Source: Opitutales bacterium
GTDB lineage: Bacteria > Verrucomicrobiota > Verrucomicrobiia > Opitutales > UBA2987
Length of the DNA stretch: 64,000 nt
Assembly: GCA_965226885.1 (NCBI GenBank)
Contig: CBDDEL010000015.1
Span: forward strand, 320,001 to 384,000
Reading direction: 5' to 3'
Part shown: one piece after another, positions 53,039-62,732 of the stretch
Layout: every line of letters begins with the position of its first letter
How positions within the stretch are numbered: position 1 is the stretch's first letter
The notes under the pieces: model-generated
Database searches by the model: none
What the model saw: the letters and a program-made list of their open reading frames with translations, nothing else
Told to the model about the DNA's origin: nothing
Program-made: the position numbers and the translations under genes

Positions 53039-53780
53039 TTATGCAAGGTAGTCGTGGACTATCTTGCCATGGCCTTGAGTGTAATCGCAAACCTGATAGT
53101 AGGACCCGAGGAATTCCTTTGGTTTAAGTCGCCAAAAATCACCGGCAACCGTTGGACGAAAACTTACAATGCCCGGACCTTTGAACAGTTTGTGAATCTT
53201 GACATCGCCAATCTCGCCGTTTGCTACCAACTGCTTGATGGCAGCTTCATTTGAGTCCGCCTTCGGAATCATCTTAAGCAAGTACATTGGAAAGAGGGGC
53301 GGGAAGGGGCGGGACCTCTTCAGGGGTGGCTATCTCCATGCACCGGGAATTCAACTGCATGAATTGAATGCCGGCTCGAACCGCTGTTGTGGTCAGTTCA
53401 CTGCCATATTGCTCAATGGTAATGTCCGCGATCTTCTTGGGACAGCCCCAGATCTCCCGGCCGGGGGCAATCGCATCGGAACTAGACAAAAACAGGCACG
53501 GCAAGAAAAAGGCCTCCTCGCCCTCGTAAACAACCTTTACGCAGACACCGACCTCGTTGAAGGGTCCCCAATGGGTGCAAAACGGAACTTTAATGCTAAA
53601 AGCGCAACAGATGCCGTCCTCGGCCGGCTCCAATGGCTTTGGAAGCAAGGCGGCGACATTGTCCTTTTCCGTTGTGAAGTAAACCATTTGAAACAGGGTG
53701 TCGCGGTAGTAAGGTGGAAGGGTTGGGTAAGCCGGCGAATCGAACGGCATACACCAATTCTCATTTCGATATGTTTTCAT
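53039..53780 (-). pseudogene. Acetoacetate decarboxylase-like family protein, frameshifted
   Basis: GREIWGCPKK. Removing one AGGGGCGGGA copy (53295-53314) gives EEVPPLFPMYLLK. Confidence 0.85.
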
Positions 53781-53819
53781 AATTGCGGTTCCTCATTTAT
53801 ATTGCTGGAGAAGTATCTC

Positions 53820-54560
53820 CTATACATCATTTTTAAAGTCGTGGACGATTTCCCCAAACCCATCGGTGTGGTCTTTTTCCAGGTAGTAGGCTCCATAATA
53901 TTCAAGCGGTGTGAAATCGAATAGATTGTAGGCGGCCGATGGATTGAACTGCACAACGCCATCTCCTGCCATGCAAATATGGACGGTTACGTCGCTTTGC
54001 ACGTTGGTGTTATCGATAAGCTGCATAACATCGACACCATTCCCGTCGGCTCGCGGGATAACCTTTAGCATCCAGATCGGTTGCAATGCAGGAATTTCAC
54101 TTACATTCGATTCCTTATGCATTGTCGATCGAATGCTCATCACCGCGGTTCCGCTTAAATTGGCTTCGGTATGCATCACGCGTTCCGCCATGCCTACATT
54201 TACATCAGCATAAACTTTGGGAGTGCCATAAATTTCACGTCCCGCCGGTATGCTGCATTGCGTATTGAGAAAAGACACAATACAGAAATAGCCGACTTTG
54301 CCCTGGAATTTGCATTCGACAAACAGGTTGCAGGCTTCAAATTTTCCATAATGGGCCGACCACTCGACATAAATACCGATGGCGATGCACAAACCACTAT
54401 CGGAAAGCTCAAAACAGGCAGGCAACACCCGATCGATAGCCCGTGAATCCGCACGGAAAAAAACTAACTGCGATTTGTTGTTTCGATACCGTGCGGGAGG
54501 CCTTGGAAAATAGGGCGAAAAGGCCGGAATCGCCTCGATCTTATCCATAGGTATAGTCAT
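53820..54560 (-). CDS. Acetoacetate decarboxylase-like family protein
   Basis: GREIYGTPK Schiff-base Lys motif, LKVIP. Confidence 0.85.
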   Translation of the reverse strand: MTIPMDKIEAIPAFSPYFPRPPARYRNNKSQLVFFRADSRAIDRVLPACFELSDSGLCIAIGIYVEWSAHYGKFEACNLFVECKFQGKVGYFCIVSFLNTQCSIPAGREIYGTPKVYADVNVGMAERVMHTEANLSGTAVMSIRSTMHKESNVSEIPALQPIWMLKVIPRADGNGVDVMQLIDNTNVQSDVTVHICMAGDGVVQFNPSAAYNLFDFTPLEYYGAYYLEKDHTDGFGEIVHDFKNDV

Positions 54561-54596
54561 AAAATTAAGTCTCCGATTAGATTTTTATTGGACCAA

Positions 54597-55910
54597 TTAT
54601 TCATAGCCGCACCAGTCCATCGCGGCAAGGGCGAAGGTCTTGGTGGCGGTTATTAATTCCTCGATAGTTACATATTCATCAACGGCATGGGCTTGCAGCA
54701 AATTGCCAGGCCCGTAAATCACCGATGGGGTTCCCGATATATTGAGAAACGCCGCATCGCAAACCGCCGCAAATCCTTGAATTAAATCGCGATCATCCAC
54801 TGACTTTGGACTTATAGCCAACTGGTGCGCATCGACACAAGTCCGCACGATCGGGTGGTTCGTGGGAACCTCTGCCGGCGGCCAATGGAGATTGAAACTA
54901 ATTTCAGGAGGGTTTTCACACAGCCAAGGGTCCACTTGACAGGCTTTCTCAATGTACTCCGATATCTCTTTCTTGATATCTTCCTCATCCTCTTGCGGAG
55001 GATACCAAACGGCGTATTCAATGGTGCAAAATTCAGATATCAAAAAAGGGATCAAAACGCCATTGGGCCCACCCGTAATCACGCCAGGATGAAGAGTAAA
55101 ATGTCCGGGCCGGAAAAGCGGATGCTTCTTGCTTTGGCCCCACTGATCTTCAAGTCCACGCAGGGCATTCATAATGAAAACACCTTTCTCAATGGCGTTG
55201 ACGGCGATTTCCGAACCTTTGCCTCCGGCTCGAATCATTTCATTTCTCATGGATGCATGACTGGATTTTCCACGGCACGTTATGGTAAACCAAATCAGCC
55301 CCGAGGTAACTGGCATAACCGCCAAAGGCTGTTGGGCAGCGGTAGGCTCGGAGACAATGGCACCGTCGGCTTTGTATTTCTCACAAACTGCGGAAACGCC
55401 AACCTCATGACTCATTGTTTCTTCGCCTACGACGCTTTCCAGAATAACGTCCCCCTTTAACGTGAGGCCGCAGCGTAGAACCGCTTCGATGCCTTTAAGC
55501 TGGGAAACGAGTCCGCCCTTCATATCACATGAGCCCCGTCCATGAAGTTTGCCATCTTCGATTTTTCCGCTGAAAGGATCGTTATATTTCCAATCGGAAT
55601 GCTTGCCCACGGGCACAACGTCGATATGTCCGTTGTAGATAAGGGAACGCCCTTCTCCGGTTCCATTCAACACCCCTACTAAGTTAGAACGGCCTTTCTC
55701 TGCTTCAATAAATTCAATTCCGCATCCGATTTCTTTATACGCCTCGGCCAATCTTTTGTTGCACTCCGTTTCGCCGCCTACCTCCTTGTCGTAATCCATC
55801 CCCGGGTATTTTGGATTAACGCTAGGCATTCGCACCAACTCTGCCGTCAGGGAAACGATTTCATCCCTCATCTTTTCAACGGCATCCAGAACATTTTTTT
55901 TCTTATCCAT
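54597..55910 (-). CDS. ArgE/DapE-family M20 deacylase
   Basis: NGHIDVV, GRGSCDMKGG, GEE, EP, AHAVDE. Confidence 0.92.
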   Translation of the reverse strand: MDKKKNVLDAVEKMRDEIVSLTAELVRMPSVNPKYPGMDYDKEVGGETECNKRLAEAYKEIGCGIEFIEAEKGRSNLVGVLNGTGEGRSLIYNGHIDVVPVGKHSDWKYNDPFSGKIEDGKLHGRGSCDMKGGLVSQLKGIEAVLRCGLTLKGDVILESVVGEETMSHEVGVSAVCEKYKADGAIVSEPTAAQQPLAVMPVTSGLIWFTITCRGKSSHASMRNEMIRAGGKGSEIAVNAIEKGVFIMNALRGLEDQWGQSKKHPLFRPGHFTLHPGVITGGPNGVLIPFLISEFCTIEYAVWYPPQEDEEDIKKEISEYIEKACQVDPWLCENPPEISFNLHWPPAEVPTNHPIVRTCVDAHQLAISPKSVDDRDLIQGFAAVCDAAFLNISGTPSVIYGPGNLLQAHAVDEYVTIEELITATKTFALAAMDWCGYE

Positions 55911-56001
55911 AATCAAACATCAAACCTTTCATTAAGTTATATTAATAGCGAGACAAAATTATTTATTTAAGTTGATCTCGATGTTGCATACAGCACGCTC
56001 G

Positions 56002-57105
56002 CTACAGCTCAATTTGCTCCAGGGTAAATTTTTCGAGCAGTTCCTCATCGGGTCTCACTCCAATTCCTGGATCATCCGAGGCTTTGAACTGGGAAGGCGC
56101 TGAATGCTCATTGGGGAGGATGGTTAAATCCTGTTTGTAAAATCTGGAGGTAGGGAAGATATCCGATGGATATTTCATATTAGGAAGTGTGGCCAAAGCT
56201 ATACAATGGGAAGCGCCGATGGCGGATTCAAGCATTCCGCCCACCCAGCATGGGATTTGATTTTTTTCACACAGTTGTCGAATTTCGAGAGCGTTGGTTA
56301 TTCCCCCGACCCTTCCCGGTTTTATGTTCACCCAACGGCAAGCCCCAATTTCAATAGCCTTGCGAGCCTTGGCCGCAGAGGTAATGCTTTCATCTAGGCA
56401 GATCGGCGTTTTCAGTTGGCTTTGCAGGGCCGCATGGTCGATCAAGTCATCATAAGCCAAAGGTTGTTCAATCATGGCTAATTGAAGGTTGTCCAGTTCC
56501 TTGAACATTTCCAGATCATCTAACGTATAACCACTGTTGCAATCGATATGGAAGATTGTATCCGGAAATTCAGACCGGACCGCTTTGATCATTTCCAGGT
56601 CCCATCCAGGACGATATTTCAATTTAACACGTTTATAGCCCTGTGTATTTGCCTCGAAAATTGCTTTAATCAATTGGGGGATGCTATCCATGGCGCCAAA
56701 ATCCGCTCCCGCCTCCACGACGGGACTGCGGCCGCCCAGGATTTTCCACAAAGGCTGGTTTTGCTCCCGACTGTAAAGATCCCACCAAGCCAGGTCGAAA
56801 GCTCCTTTGGCAAAAAAATTTCCCTTGATATGCTTGAGCCGGTCTTGCAACGCTTTCCCGCTGGTAATCTCCTGGTGCAGCAACAAGGGCGCGATAATGT
56901 CCCGGGAAACGATAAATTGGGTAGCGGCGCATTCAGAACTATACGCGGGAACACTGAAGCATGTTCCCTCCCCCCAACCCGGATTGCCACCACCTGAAAG
57001 TCTTATCAAAATCGATTCTATAACCTCGTCATTCCCATAGGCGGTTCTAAACGGATAAACCAAGGGTAGGGCAACCCTCACGATTTTAATGGTTTCAATT
57101 TTCAT
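56002..57105 (-). CDS. o-succinylbenzoate synthase / N-acylamino acid racemase (NSAR) family enolase
   Basis: PFRTAYG, KLK, DCN, EQP, DES, NIKPGRVGG, GGMLES. Confidence 0.88.
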   Translation of the reverse strand: MKIETIKIVRVALPLVYPFRTAYGNDEVIESILIRLSGGGNPGWGEGTCFSVPAYSSECAATQFIVSRDIIAPLLLHQEITSGKALQDRLKHIKGNFFAKGAFDLAWWDLYSREQNQPLWKILGGRSPVVEAGADFGAMDSIPQLIKAIFEANTQGYKRVKLKYRPGWDLEMIKAVRSEFPDTIFHIDCNSGYTLDDLEMFKELDNLQLAMIEQPLAYDDLIDHAALQSQLKTPICLDESITSAAKARKAIEIGACRWVNIKPGRVGGITNALEIRQLCEKNQIPCWVGGMLESAIGASHCIALATLPNMKYPSDIFPTSRFYKQDLTILPNEHSAPSQFKASDDPGIGVRPDEELLEKFTLEQIEL

Positions 57106-57165
57106 TGCGTTTTTTGGTGGCTGGATGGATGCAATTCTGCGAATTCACACCCATCCCCATTATTA

Positions 57166-58341
57166 TTATTGATTAGGAAGCGTGAAGCTTTTTCCTTTAA
57201 GAACATTATCGTTGTCGTAGGCGCTTAAATATCCGTCCTCCCGATAGGCTCTATTATATTTCCGCATCTTCTCTCGATCGATTTCAAGACCGAGTCCGGG
57301 TTTGTTTTGAACTTTTATATGACCCAGTTCAATGACTTCCGGCTCGGTCACTATATCATCACAGAGGATATGATGATAAGTCAGATGGGCAAGGAAACAC
57401 ATTGAGCTCGAGCACAGGATCTGCATCGCGGCCCGGGTTGCGATAGTGAGGGGAGCAAAACTATGATAAACCAAAAGAAGCCCGGCCGCCTCACAAAGAG
57501 CCGCCGCTTTATAAAAACCGGATATGCCTCCGCTCTGCCAAGGGTCGGACATGATCACATCAGCGGCATCAATCTTCAGTATGTCGAGAATGTCCCAGTT
57601 CAGCCAACTGCTTTGGTTGGCCGCGATTGGCACCGGCGATCGCCGCCGTAACAGGGCCATTTCACTGAGCGCGCGCATGCGAATCGGCTGTTCGATATAC
57701 TGAAGATCAAGATTCGCCATGGCATGGGCCATGCGCAATGCGGTCCCCGGAGACCAGGCTTCATTCGCGTCCACACGGATCGGGACGTCGGGACCCGCTC
57801 CTTTGCGCAACGAACGGGCTGCTTCCAAATCTTTCTTTTCATCGATCCCAACCTTGGTGTAGAGAGTCTTGTAGCCCATCGAGACCATCTCGTGGGCCTC
57901 CCTTTCGATCTGCTCAGGTGTCGTGTTCTGGACGAATCCCATGATGGGAACTTGTTGCCGTATCGCCCCACCCAAGAGCACATGTACAGGTGCATTCAGC
58001 GATTTCCCAAGGATATCCCAACAAACGATTTCAATTCCAGCCATTGGCGCATTGCCCACATAGGGGAAACTGCACCATCCTCCTTGACTTAAAAGATCGA
58101 GCCAACGATGCACAATTTCACGAGGATCCCGGCCAATCAAGAGTGAGGAAGCTGCATTAATGGCCGCAATTGTGACTTCTGGGGTGGGAGCCGGAACCGA
58201 TTCTCCGATGCCTGAAATTCCGTCGTCTGTTTCGATTTCAACGATAACCGCAGTGACACCATGACGAATTCCCTGCGACCAGATTTCCGGCTCCCTGAAT
58301 AAAATGCTAACCGGGGTCGCGTTGACCGATGTGATTTTCAT
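57166..58341 (-). CDS. Mandelate racemase/muconate lactonizing enzyme family
   Basis: WDILGK, YTKVG, RVDANE, EQP, PGLG. Confidence 0.88.
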   Translation of the reverse strand: MKITSVNATPVSILFREPEIWSQGIRHGVTAVIVEIETDDGISGIGESVPAPTPEVTIAAINAASSLLIGRDPREIVHRWLDLLSQGGWCSFPYVGNAPMAGIEIVCWDILGKSLNAPVHVLLGGAIRQQVPIMGFVQNTTPEQIEREAHEMVSMGYKTLYTKVGIDEKKDLEAARSLRKGAGPDVPIRVDANEAWSPGTALRMAHAMANLDLQYIEQPIRMRALSEMALLRRRSPVPIAANQSSWLNWDILDILKIDAADVIMSDPWQSGGISGFYKAAALCEAAGLLLVYHSFAPLTIATRAAMQILCSSSMCFLAHLTYHHILCDDIVTEPEVIELGHIKVQNKPGLGLEIDREKMRKYNRAYREDGYLSAYDNDNVLKGKSFTLPNQ

Positions 58342-58363
58342 ATTTTAGGAATAAAAAGTAAAA

Positions 58364-59239
58364 TCACTCTAATTCCCAACGGCTCGGGTTGATTCCCGGC
58401 GCCTCGACCGGCATGTTGTCCGGCTTGTCCACCGCATCGAAAACCCATATTCGCTGATTGCGGTCTCCCATCAGGGCTTGCACTTCTGGCGGGCATTGGG
58501 CCACTTTTTCCGCTGGCCAGTTCTCGATTTCACTGGCGGGTCCCGCCCATGAGGGGCGATAGGCTATGGCCAACATCTCACGAGCCGAAGTTCCAATGTT
58601 AGGATAATTTCCGTGAATGACATTTTGATTGATGAGCACGGCATCGCCCGCTTTTGCCGTTATCATTACTTCCTCAGGATGCCGCTCATAGCGGAGGTAG
58701 GGATTGCCTTCGTTGTGAAAACTCAAGTGTGAACGCGGCACAACTCGAAAAGGTGAAATTTCAGGTGTCAGGTCATCCAGATAATATAGACAGCGGATCA
58801 GGCGGGGGCAACTGTATTCAAGTCCGAAAATTTTCGATCCCCAGGGTTGTCCGTCGCTGTGCAGGCTGATGCCCGGATGACCCGGCTCGGACCGGGCATA
58901 ATCATAGCCCATCATTACAATCCCCAGGCCGAAGAGCGCGTTGATGAACTTAATCATGGGCTGGTGGGCAATGAGGTCGGTCACCGCGCCACCGGCCCAC
59001 TGCACCTCCTTGTTTCCACGCTGTTTATCACTGTAGCTGACTGCTTTGGTCGCAAAGGTCGCGGTTTGCTCCTTCAGACGTTTGATAAGGTTCGCATCGA
59101 GCATTCCTGGCCTCACGAGATAACCTTCCACCTCGATATGTCTGATTTGTTGGCCGAGGGTCAAGTTGGGCCAGTCGGCATCCGGGGTGCGACGGGTGGA
59201 GATATCCGCCAGCGTCGGGTCAATCGTTGTATAAGTCAT
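58364..59239 (-). CDS. PhyH-family Fe(II)/2OG dioxygenase
   Basis: HSD, PRSH, HG, R motifs. Confidence 0.85.
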   Translation of the reverse strand: MTYTTIDPTLADISTRRTPDADWPNLTLGQQIRHIEVEGYLVRPGMLDANLIKRLKEQTATFATKAVSYSDKQRGNKEVQWAGGAVTDLIAHQPMIKFINALFGLGIVMMGYDYARSEPGHPGISLHSDGQPWGSKIFGLEYSCPRLIRCLYYLDDLTPEISPFRVVPRSHLSFHNEGNPYLRYERHPEEVMITAKAGDAVLINQNVIHGNYPNIGTSAREMLAIAYRPSWAGPASEIENWPAEKVAQCPPEVQALMGDRNQRIWVFDAVDKPDNMPVEAPGINPSRWELE

Positions 59240-59351
59240 ATAGGTCCTTTCTATTTATTTCTAATAAATATTTTCGTGTAGTCTAAAATTTGATCAATGC
59301 CAATAATTTGATCAATGCCAATAAAACCCTTAACCAATAAAACCCTTAAAT

Positions 59352-59382
59352 AAAAAGCACGGACCGAAGTCCGTGCTTTTTT
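59352..59382. terminator. Intrinsic terminator (bidirectional), downstream of the TBDR gene
   Basis: AAAAAGCACGGAC-CGAA-GTCCGTGCTTTTT. Confidence 0.85.
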
Positions 59383-59514
59383 AAAGGCTCATACATCGCC
59401 TTAGGTTGCAACCCTGAACATTAGCCGCTACGGCCACTGAGGGGTTACCTCACAAACGGAAGAAGAAAGAGAACATCCGCTTAATCTATTAACCACACTG
59501 GAAGCTTAAGCTTA

Positions 59515-59609
59515 CTTTTTCTTTAATTTACATATATCAAGCAGGTTCTTTTTCTTTCAAGCAGGTTCTTTTTCTTTAATTTACATATCTACATATATCA
59601 AGCAGGTTC
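59515..59609. repeat. Nested tandem duplications (33, 20 and 8 bp units)
   Basis: CTTTTTCTTTAATTTACATAT x2; TCAAGCAGGTTC x3. Confidence 0.8.
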
Positions 59610-59622
59610 CAAGAGATATTAA

Positions 59623-61950
59623 TTAGAACGTATAGGCCACAGAGAATTTGACGTGGCGGGGGTCCTCCGCGTGGCCCAGGGCCGCGAAGATTGAGGAGAT
59701 GGTACCCACAACATCGGTAAAATTATTGATATTTACTTGCAAGCGCAATTTACCGTTTTTGGTTACGTAAGAAACGAAAGCATCAGCTCTCGTATACCCT
59801 TCCGTGACAAAGGAGCTTCTAGTATCGCCGAAGCGGTCGGCGAGATTTACCACCGCCACTCCGGTTGTCAACCCTCTGAGACCTCCCTCCAAAAAGGTGT
59901 ATTTGGCAACACCCGACCAACGGAAGCCGTTTTGACCATTGCGCTGACGCCGGGTTTTGTCCTGGGTCTCTTCGTTGAAGCCTAAAGTTTCCTGGTCGGT
60001 CAAGGCCACCAGAAAAGTGAAATTGTCATTGAACCTCCAGGCCAGATCTATTTCCCACCCATCAGAGGTCGTGACGCCCTCCTGAACACTCTCGTCCAGC
60101 CCGGTCTCCTCATTGAAGATCCGGATCGGAGCATTAAGAACATCAAGTTTAAACCAGTTCGCGGTCATCAAAAGGGAGTTATCGAAAAACTGCAATTTGA
60201 CTCCAACCTCATTAATTTTGCCTTCCAGATTTTTAGCAGGAACGCCGGGTACAAGTTCGCCGAATCGACTCTCAAACGTTTCCGAACGGTTATAGTAGAT
60301 GGACACTTTATCATCGATTACCTGGCCCACGAAACCGAACTTAGACACCCAGTTGTTGGATTTGTTGCCACTGCTGGAGGCACCGGTCAAGAGTTCTGTG
60401 CTCCCGCCAGAATTACCAAAGTCATAGCGGACGCCGCCCGAGAAGACTAGACGGCCCTCGGCAAGAGTGATGTTATCCTGGACCCCAAAATTAAACCGAG
60501 TATTCCCATCACTCTCAGAGATGCTATGCGGCCCGCCGGGGGGAAAATCATAATAGTCGTTACTCTCTCCGAGAGGAAATGAATTCTGGGTGATGATACT
60601 GTAGGCATTGTCCAGATTCAGGTTTGCGTTGAGAGCAGAGCCGCCGAATTCCTCCTTGATCGTCACGTCGGTCCATGAGCTTTTGGAACGACCCTGGGTG
60701 AACTGGCTGTAAATCAGGAGGTTATGGGAAAGACCGCCAGTCTCAAAACGACCCGTGAGGTCCGTAAAGAGGCCCCAGGTTTTGTTGATGCTCGGCCCGC
60801 TTACCCGGGCAACAGCGTTGGACATCTTGATATCCGCATAGGCGGTCCCAAAATCCGCGAATTCCGGTTCCCCCGGGGTTGACCGGGTTCCGGTTGTTCC
60901 GAACACGCTTCCGTCGGCTCTCAGAAAGGAATAGCCGATAGCAATAATGTCGGCGGTGGGGTCGTTGTTTTCGCTCTCAATGTATCGCGTTACAAGGCGA
61001 AAATTCCAATCGCCGATCAATCCTGAAAATCGATTGGCAAAACCAAATTCGGCATAAAATTCATCGCGTTGTTCGTTATTGGGAACCGGAACAGTCGAAA
61101 TCGAACTTCCAGTAATATCTGTGGAAGGGCGGCCCGCACCGTCCCAAAACACACCCGGAGTTTCATGGCCGGTTTTAATATGTTTTTTAAACCCCCGTCC
61201 CCACATTCGGGTATTTCCATTTTCTGATTCGTACTGAAGCGTCGCATAAAAATTCTCCTTTTCATCAGCGGCGCCAGCGCCCTGGGTCACCTCGCCATCA
61301 CGAACGACGCCGATAAACCGATAGGTAAACTTCCCTTCCTTGTCGATGGGACCGCCATGATCGACCGAACCCTGAACGGTGTCGCCGATACTCGAATAGA
61401 GGAATTTTAGCGTGGTCTGCCGTTCTTTGGGGGGAGCTTTGAATATCCGGTTTACGAGGCCGCCGAAGGAATGGTCCCCGTAGAGTGTGCCGACCGGCCC
61501 TTTGATGATTTCATACCGTTCTATGAATTCCGTTTCCTGTTCGGTCTCTGGTCCGGGCAGGCCGTCCAGGAATGAGGAGTTGGAGCCACGCGTCGGAAAC
61601 CCGCGAATAAAAAATGTGCCGATGGTGACGGTGGAGGAGGGTCCTATGCCGGCGACATAGCGCAAGGCATCTTCGGAGTCAAAGGCGGCCACATCATCCA
61701 TTAACTCGTGGTTCACCGGAATGACGCTATGCGAAAGATCCAATAGATCGACGTTAAAGCGGGATCCCCCGGAGGTCACGTTGGTGCCATAACCGACTGT
61801 AGTAACTTCGGTTAGGACAAAGGGATCGAGTTCGATCATTTCTTCTTCGTCGATTTCCGTTCTCTCTGTCGTTTCCTGTCCAAAAAGGAATCCGGCGAGG
61901 AGACAATTAACAGCCAGTATCAGGCCAAGTTTCTTAAGCGATTTTTTCAT
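59623..61950 (-). CDS. TonB-dependent receptor
   Basis: Signal peptide from MKKSLKK, IELDPFVLT, plug 'IERYEIIKGPVGTLYG', terminal YTF. Confidence 0.92.
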   Translation of the reverse strand: MKKSLKKLGLILAVNCLLAGFLFGQETTERTEIDEEEMIELDPFVLTEVTTVGYGTNVTSGGSRFNVDLLDLSHSVIPVNHELMDDVAAFDSEDALRYVAGIGPSSTVTIGTFFIRGFPTRGSNSSFLDGLPGPETEQETEFIERYEIIKGPVGTLYGDHSFGGLVNRIFKAPPKERQTTLKFLYSSIGDTVQGSVDHGGPIDKEGKFTYRFIGVVRDGEVTQGAGAADEKENFYATLQYESENGNTRMWGRGFKKHIKTGHETPGVFWDGAGRPSTDITGSSISTVPVPNNEQRDEFYAEFGFANRFSGLIGDWNFRLVTRYIESENNDPTADIIAIGYSFLRADGSVFGTTGTRSTPGEPEFADFGTAYADIKMSNAVARVSGPSINKTWGLFTDLTGRFETGGLSHNLLIYSQFTQGRSKSSWTDVTIKEEFGGSALNANLNLDNAYSIITQNSFPLGESNDYYDFPPGGPHSISESDGNTRFNFGVQDNITLAEGRLVFSGGVRYDFGNSGGSTELLTGASSSGNKSNNWVSKFGFVGQVIDDKVSIYYNRSETFESRFGELVPGVPAKNLEGKINEVGVKLQFFDNSLLMTANWFKLDVLNAPIRIFNEETGLDESVQEGVTTSDGWEIDLAWRFNDNFTFLVALTDQETLGFNEETQDKTRRQRNGQNGFRWSGVAKYTFLEGGLRGLTTGVAVVNLADRFGDTRSSFVTEGYTRADAFVSYVTKNGKLRLQVNINNFTDVVGTISSIFAALGHAEDPRHVKFSVAYTF

Positions 61951-62332
61951 GAGTTTCTTCGTTTGGTTGTTAAATAAATATTTTAACTTAACTGGGGAAT
62001 GGGTTGGTCTGGGGAATGGGTTGGTCAACATTAATCTTATTCTAATATCGGATACAATGAGATACCTTTCCCATAGTAGGGAAGGAGTGAACCAAAGGGA
62101 AAATGGATTGCCAAAAAGAAATATCTGGTTAAATTTCTTTACCATCCTGGAGAAATTGGAGAAATAACCTTGGATTATTGGAAGAGAAAATCGCCTTCTG
62201 CTTATTAACCCATATTTTCCATTTCATCTTAAGAATATATGCTTGAAATAATCGATATGCTTGAAATAATCGCTATGTGATTAATAATAAGTTAGTTAAA
62301 TATACTTATATCGAGCAAATTCTTAAAATCCT

Positions 62333-62630
62333 ATGGGTGACGCAAAAAAGGGCAGTTTTCGGGTTCAATTTAACCGCCGAATCAAGCTGGAGCTCCACGG
62401 TGCGAAGGTTACCAGTGATGCAGGAATGTTACTCTACCGGGAACTCGATGAGGCTTTCGGACTGACGGCGATAGGAAGCGAAAATGTGGTGGAGGAGCGC
62501 ACGGGCAAAAATATCCAGCACGGCAGAGCCGCTCTGCTTCGGCAGTCTGTCTTCAGTCGCCTGGCAACCTACAAGACACGAACGATGCGGAACGCCTGCG
62601 GTTTGATCCCGTCATGAGGCAAATTGTCGA
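62333..62630 (+). pseudogene. IS1380-family transposase N-terminal remnant (different element)
   Basis: VTSDAG, LLRQSVFSRLA, then DTNDAERLRFDP after a frameshift; truncated. Confidence 0.8.
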
Positions 62631-62732
62631 GGCGGGGGTGTGAAAATTTCATAATTTCGAGATTATTGACATTTAAGTCATTTTCGAGATTATTGACATT
62701 TAAGTCATTTTATTGCTATTTCATAAAGTCCA

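Noticed and set aside
35876..53314. Programmed frameshifting or classic SSR phase variation to explain the split genes
   Set aside because: No slippery sites or multi-unit microsatellites; each break is a two-copy duplication or a 1-2 nt indel.
56002..57105. Calling this menC
   Set aside because: No menaquinone genes nearby; context next to an M20 deacylase favours racemase function, so the symbol was withheld.
59515..59609. Short repeat cluster as CRISPR or iterons
   Set aside because: No unique spacers; fully explained by nested duplications.
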